The notes under the pieces are model-generated. The model made no database searches and had not been told where the DNA came from. It saw nothing but the letters and a program-made list of their open reading frames with translations. A DNA stretch of 64,000 bases, from the NCBI GenBank assembly GCA_047601445.1, contig JASGJH010000001.1, positions 1 through 64,000 on the forward strand, in the 5' to 3' direction. Every line of letters begins with the position of its first letter. The stretch's first letter is position 1. Origin of the DNA: Myxococcales bacterium. Lineage in GTDB: Bacteria; Myxococcota_A; Polyangia; Polyangiales; DASUME01. Positions 59,803 to 64,000 of the stretch are shown piece after piece. A program made the translations under genes and the position numbers.

Positions 59803-60398
59803 TGAATAACCACCGGCTGCAAGCCGGTGGGTTCGGGAAAATCGTGGCTTCGGACTGGAAGTCCTTCGCTCACGATTTAGGAACTTGGAAATTGTCACCG
59901 CCATCACCGGGTTCCGTTCCTTCTTGCTGGCGGATGTATTCCAGAATTGCCTCATCCGTCACATTCCCGCTCGTAGCCACGAAGTAGCCCCGCGCCCACA
60001 AATGTCGCCCCCAATACTGTTTCTGAATGTGCTTGAACTCCATCATCAGTTTCCGCGAGCTTTTGCCTTTGATGTACTGCATGATCTTGCTCGGCGAGAG
60101 ATTCGGAGGGCAGGAGAGCAGCACATGCACGTGATCGCGTGACACCGCTCCTTGCAGAATCTCAATTTCATTGGTCCGACAGACCTCGCGGATAAGGTCG
60201 CGAAGCCGCACGCCGACTTCACCCGTCAGAATTGGTTTGCGATACTTTGTCACCCATACAAAGTGGTACTTGATGTCAAAACGACTATGCGAACCAGTTC
60301 GATAATGCTCCATGACTCCCAAGTCTAAACCACTAACCGAAGAACCTAAAGGATTCGCCTGAAGGCGAGGGTTTTAGACCCATCGTGGAGACAATAAA
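59803..60398 (-). mobile_element. IS200-type insertion sequence (tnpA only)
   Basis: Subterminal hairpins CCACCGGCT-GCA-AGCCGGTGG (~59810-59830) and TCGCCT-GA-AGGCGA (~60355-60368) flank tnpA. Ends are approximate. Confidence 0.85.
59870..60322 (-). CDS. tnpA: IS200/IS605 Y1 transposase
   Basis: YHFVWVTKYR, DHVH (HUH), KGKSS, LWARGYF, catalytic YI..Q. Confidence 0.95.
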   Translation of the reverse strand: MGVMEHYRTGSHSRFDIKYHFVWVTKYRKPILTGEVGVRLRDLIREVCRTNEIEILQGAVSRDHVHVLLSCPPNLSPSKIMQYIKGKSSRKLMMEFKHIQKQYWGRHLWARGYFVATSGNVTDEAILEYIRQQEGTEPGDGGDNFQVPKS

Positions 60399-60482
60399 CG
60401 CGACCTCGTCCCGCGACAAGAGTTTGCGGCAGATGTGCCCTGACAATTTGGTTGTGACTTCCATCGAACCAGCCGCGCCAGC

Positions 60483-60695
60483 CTAGGCATCGGCTTGGCC
60501 GCCACCGGCGGCGACTTCGACGCCGCACTCGGCTATGCCGAATGGGGCACGACCATCGGCGGTGTGGCCAGTCAATTCATGGTCGCCTGCTTTGCCGCTG
60601 GCACACCAATCTTGACGCCGGAAGGCTCAAAGGCAATTGAGGAAATCAAGGTTGGCGATTTGGTTCTCTCCCGTGATGAGTTAGAAGCTCGTTGA
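60483..60695 (+). pseudogene. Orphan pre-toxin Hint domain remnant
   Basis: Gly/Ala-rich linker, then CFAAGTPILTPEGSKAIEEIKVGDLVLSRDE and a stop. Confidence 0.8.
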
Positions 60696-61440
60696 AAATT
60701 TTGTTGTGTTGGCAGTGGGCCTGCGCGGCGGCTGTTAGCCAGTCGCAGCCAGTGGCGGCGAGGCGGAGTCAAGGGTAATTTCGCGAAAGATTTTCGGGTG
60801 GTCTCGGGAATAATTCCACGCCGCCGCGCATCTATACGTTCGTGCATATGCCGTGCGCCGAACGGCTCTTTGCAATCCCTTTCCCAAGAACCAGGAGACA
60901 ACAACCACTTGAGCGCTGGCCGTTGTTGACCGTTTTTCCCAAGTCTTTTGCTATCAATGACTTTTCGAAAGCCGGCCACAAGCCAAGGCGATTGCACGTT
61001 AAGTCATTCACCGAGTAGGACTTGGGCGAGGTAGTTGTCATCCCAGCCGGCGGCGAGGTTTCACCGGTCAAGTCTGGTGGACAGCCGGCCAGCTTAATAG
61101 CGGTGCATTCTAGCGGCGGGTAGTGATCGTGAGCTTTCAGGGGATCAGCAAGCCGCTCGTTATCGAGCATTTGCAATTCATTTCTTGCGTCTGGAACGGA
61201 AGGTGTTGCGCGCGGCGGCCTCATCCGCCGAAACGAGCTGTGAAGCTGCGGCCGCAACGGTCAAAAGAAGTTAGAGCAACGGGGAAACTCGCTCAGACAA
61301 ATGCGATGGCAGGCCCCTGTGAGCCGATTAACGAGGCGACAGCATCGGCTGCTGATCGAGCGCGACGTCGGTGACGGCCTTTTCAAGTCAGCGAATTGTC
61401 AGATCAGCGGGATGTGGCTAACTCAGCGAAAACCGAATCG

Positions 61441-62691
61441 TTACTTCGAAAACGTCGTGTACGTTGGATACGCCTTATACGGGTCGGAATCCGCCGATAC
61501 TTTCGTCGTGGTTCCCGTCTTCACATCATGCTGCATGATGGCTCCGTCTTTGGCGAAGAGCAGGAACCTGTTATCTGTGGAGATCGAAACGTACCAGGCC
61601 ATCCGGGACGGTTCCAAATCATCGAAGATCACCTCGTTGGTGATGGCAGGAACGGACGCATCAAACTTGGCATAGACCATGACCCCGCCCTTGTACATGT
61701 CCTGCTTCCGATCGACCCATTTCTGGTAAGCGATCATCGTCTCGTCCTGAGACAAAGCGATCTTGTGGATGAATTTGGCGTCAGGGCGCTGGACCTGAAC
61801 GTATTTTGCTTCGCCATTGCTAGAGGGAGTTGCCAGATAGCTGTCTCCACCACGTTGCATGAACACGCGCCCGTCTGCTAGATGCGGATTGATCCAGCCC
61901 CAAGGGGCGATTCTTTGTTCCGCATCCGGTTGCCCATCTGCATCGTTCCAGTATGGCCCGGCCTCTTCCACATTCATGCGATTGAAGCTGATGCGATTCG
62001 AGCCATCTCGTGACCAGTATGGCTCGGTGTTGAAACTCTCTTTACCCTCGATGATCTCGTGGAGACTGCTACCATCGGCGTTCATGACACAGACAGAAGA
62101 ACGCCATGTCTCGCAACACGGTCCGTTTACCGCATAACGCCTGAAAAACGTCAGTTTTCTACCGTCGGGACTGAAGTTAGGCTTGAAATTCCATACTTCC
62201 GTGTCGGTCAGATAGGTGATCTCGGATGTCTTGGACTCGGGGTCGTACACAGTTCGAGCAATCTGCCATCTGCCTTTCGCATCGGCCGTGGTACAGACAT
62301 AGGTCACTTTGCCTGCCAGGGTCAGCACGACATTTTCCGTGCCACCAACCGACTTGACGCTTCGCGCAACCGAGTCGTAACCGTCCTTGCTGAATGTGAC
62401 CACGGCTGCTGACGCCGTCGTGAGAAATGGTGCCCGGCCATCGGTCTGCTGCGAAAAATCTCCGTCAATCCGCACTTTTGAAACGGAGGCTTTGTTCGCA
62501 ACCGCGTCGCCATCAAAGCTGAACCGTCCCTCGGCATCAGTCGTCGCAACGAGCCCAGCATCTCGTAGCGTGACTGTTGCACCTTCGAGAGGAACTCCTT
62601 TGCTCCCATCCATGACCAAACCTGACAGGATGGCTGATTGTGCGGAGACACAGGAGGTCAGCAGCAAAAACACTGAGATGAATCGGAACAT
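61441..62691 (-). CDS. Secreted protein with carboxypeptidase-regulatory-like domain and TolB/PD40-like beta-propeller
   Basis: Signal peptide, G.V.DG....PLEGATV...TTDAEGRF, PNFSPDGRKL, MNADGS, PYWSRDG. Confidence 0.75.
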   Translation of the reverse strand: MFRFISVFLLLTSCVSAQSAILSGLVMDGSKGVPLEGATVTLRDAGLVATTDAEGRFSFDGDAVANKASVSKVRIDGDFSQQTDGRAPFLTTASAAVVTFSKDGYDSVARSVKSVGGTENVVLTLAGKVTYVCTTADAKGRWQIARTVYDPESKTSEITYLTDTEVWNFKPNFSPDGRKLTFFRRYAVNGPCCETWRSSVCVMNADGSSLHEIIEGKESFNTEPYWSRDGSNRISFNRMNVEEAGPYWNDADGQPDAEQRIAPWGWINPHLADGRVFMQRGGDSYLATPSSNGEAKYVQVQRPDAKFIHKIALSQDETMIAYQKWVDRKQDMYKGGVMVYAKFDASVPAITNEVIFDDLEPSRMAWYVSISTDNRFLLFAKDGAIMQHDVKTGTTTKVSADSDPYKAYPTYTTFSK

Positions 62692-63157
62692 CTTTCACGA
62701 CCTTCTGGCTTGCTCGTCTGAGTCTTGATCCGTAGTAGAACAGACGGAGTTTAACGCGATTTTATCACTTTTTGCATCCCACACTCGTTTGTGAGCTTCT
62801 TCCGAGAATCTTCTGTGAAGTTCAAAGTATCGCCGGACACTTATCAGCCTGAAGCGATCAGCTAGATGTTAACAGCATTGTCCAGAGTTCGATGAGGAGC
62901 GAGGTAGTTGTGGGCGTGCTGGAACCTGCATCGGCCTCATCCACCGAGCAGCACACCAAATCTACTGAACCGGCTTCGACTCCACACACCGAGAATGGAA
63001 AGCACAACTTTTCCCAGTCAAAAAATCTGACACAAATCTGACACAGGGTGACCCATTTACAGTCGCTGCTAACCCGATTCAAATCAGGGGGAAGAGGACG
63101 GCAGAAGTTGCGTTTTGCGAAGCAAATCGCGACTAAGTGTCCACTAAATCGATACAA

Positions 63158-63239
63158 GCGCGAGTGGCGGAATTGGCAGACGCGCCAGACTTAGGATCTG
63201 GTGTCGCAAGACGTGCAGGTTCAAGTCCTGTCTCGCGCA
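63158..63239 (+). tRNA. tRNA-Leu(TAG)
   Basis: Acceptor GCGCGAG/CTCGCGC+A, anticodon arm CCAGA-CTTAGGA-TCTGG, long variable arm, T-arm GCAGG-TTCAAGT-CCTGT; CCA not encoded. Confidence 0.97.
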
Positions 63240-63368
63240 TTTGAGTAGTCTTTTCACGCGGTTTCCTATGATTGGTTGGGAACCCGCAACGCCCCCTCCC
63301 GTGCTGGCTCGCCTCAAAATGGTAACAATTAGGTAACAGCGTTGCGGTGACATTGGAGCCGCAATTCG

Positions 63369-64000
63369 ATGGCCGCCCTGCAATCCCGGAATGGCAGTTA
63401 CCGGATCGTCTTTCGTTATCAAACCAAGCAACACGCATTCACAATCGGCCAAGTGTCCAAGGACGAGGCGGAGACAAAAGCCGCCCAGGTCGATTACCTG
63501 CTGATGCGGCTAAAGCAGCGTCTGGCATTTCTCCCGCCGGGCATGAACATCGTCGAATACGTCCAGTTCGACGGCAAAGAACTGCCAGCAACACAGCCCG
63601 TTCCCGTCGTCGTCCCGACGCCAGCCGACAAGCTCACGCTTGCCCGACTCCGGGACCGCTACCTCGCCACGCATGAGGCGTCGCTGGAAGCCAACACGGT
63701 CGCGACAATCCGCATGCACTTTCGGCATCTTGCCAGCCGGCTGGGCGAAAGCTTTCTGATCGCTGAGCTGTCGCTGGCCGACCTCCAGCAGTATGTCGAT
63801 CGACGCGCCAAGGCGGCTGGCATCAACGGCCGCAATCTTTCTGCAGTCACCATCCAGAAGGAAATCATTTCGCTTCGCACCGCGTGGAACTGGGGTGTCA
63901 AAATGAAATTGCTGTCCGGCCGTTTTCCCTACGACGGCCTGCGCTATCCCAAGACCACCGAAAAACCTCCGTTCCAAACGTTGGCGGAGATTGATCGACA
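63369..64000 (+). CDS. Tyrosine recombinase/integrase, N-terminal part (runs off the window; not in the ORF track)
   Basis: RBS GGAG; open frame MAALQSRNGSYRIVFRY...TL..LRDRYL...T......HL...L...DLQQYVDRR...TIQKEI..LR.AWNW...PF.T..EI; 130 bp after the tRNA. Catalytic residues are outside the window. Confidence 0.8.
   Translation, partial: MAALQSRNGSYRIVFRYQTKQHAFTIGQVSKDEAETKAAQVDYLLMRLKQRLAFLPPGMNIVEYVQFDGKELPATQPVPVVVPTPADKLTLARLRDRYLATHEASLEANTVATIRMHFRHLASRLGESFLIAELSLADLQQYVDRRAKAAGINGRNLSAVTIQKEIISLRTAWNWGVKMKLLSGRFPYDGLRYPKTTEKPPFQTLAEIDR

Larger units (their letters stand above)
33867..63239. mobile_element. Putative tRNA-Leu-anchored genomic island (~29 kb)
   Basis: Direct repeat of the tRNA 5' half at both ends, arm-site-like tandem repeats upstream of the tRNA, and accessory cargo (toxin, IS). 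No integrase is recognisable inside. Confidence 0.5.

Noticed and set aside
60495..60695. Functional intein
   Set aside because: Only the N-terminal Hint block is present, with no C-terminal HN motif and no host gene.
60700..61440. Short ORFs between the Hint remnant and the TolB-like gene
   Set aside because: No recognisable domains or RBS; they overlap in conflicting frames and are probably non-coding or decayed DNA.

Overview
Planctomycete-like DNA (Pirellulales-like by gene content: many sulfatases, DUF1559, LExRxLL export motifs, an ECF sigma plus Ser/Thr kinase pair). It comes from an error-prone nanopore sequence: bases 1-71 are an untrimmed ONT adapter plus native barcode, and many genes are split by small indels. 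The left half (0.07-33.7 kb) is catabolic: an SGNH/SASA esterase fragment and DmpA peptidase, five tandem sulfatases behind a DUF1559/lipoprotein pair, glgA-galT-GH57, an ECF/kinase/EF-hand/intradiol dioxygenase module, a phosphonate cluster (DUF5690, HpnZ-like ADH, phnZ, HpnW-like oxidoreductase, phnX) and two more sulfatases. The right half (33.9-63.2 kb) looks like a genomic island bounded by a degenerate tRNA-Leu 5' half and an intact tRNA-Leu(TAG). It carries a methyltransferase/AspH-like/unknown-barrel operon and a putative DNA-binding protein next to a helically phased GTGWACA array. It also carries a ~19.8-kb gene for a giant adhesin-Rhs toxin: (Gly-Asp)90, ~10 Calx-beta, ~16 Big_9-like and ~12 PKD-like repeats with Gly/Tyr-rich inserts, an Rhs core and an LHH nuclease tip. 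That gene is followed by an SMI1/KNR4 immunity gene, an IS200 and an orphan Hint remnant. A tyrosine integrase begins just after the tRNA. All family calls are from motif recognition by eye; no searches were run.
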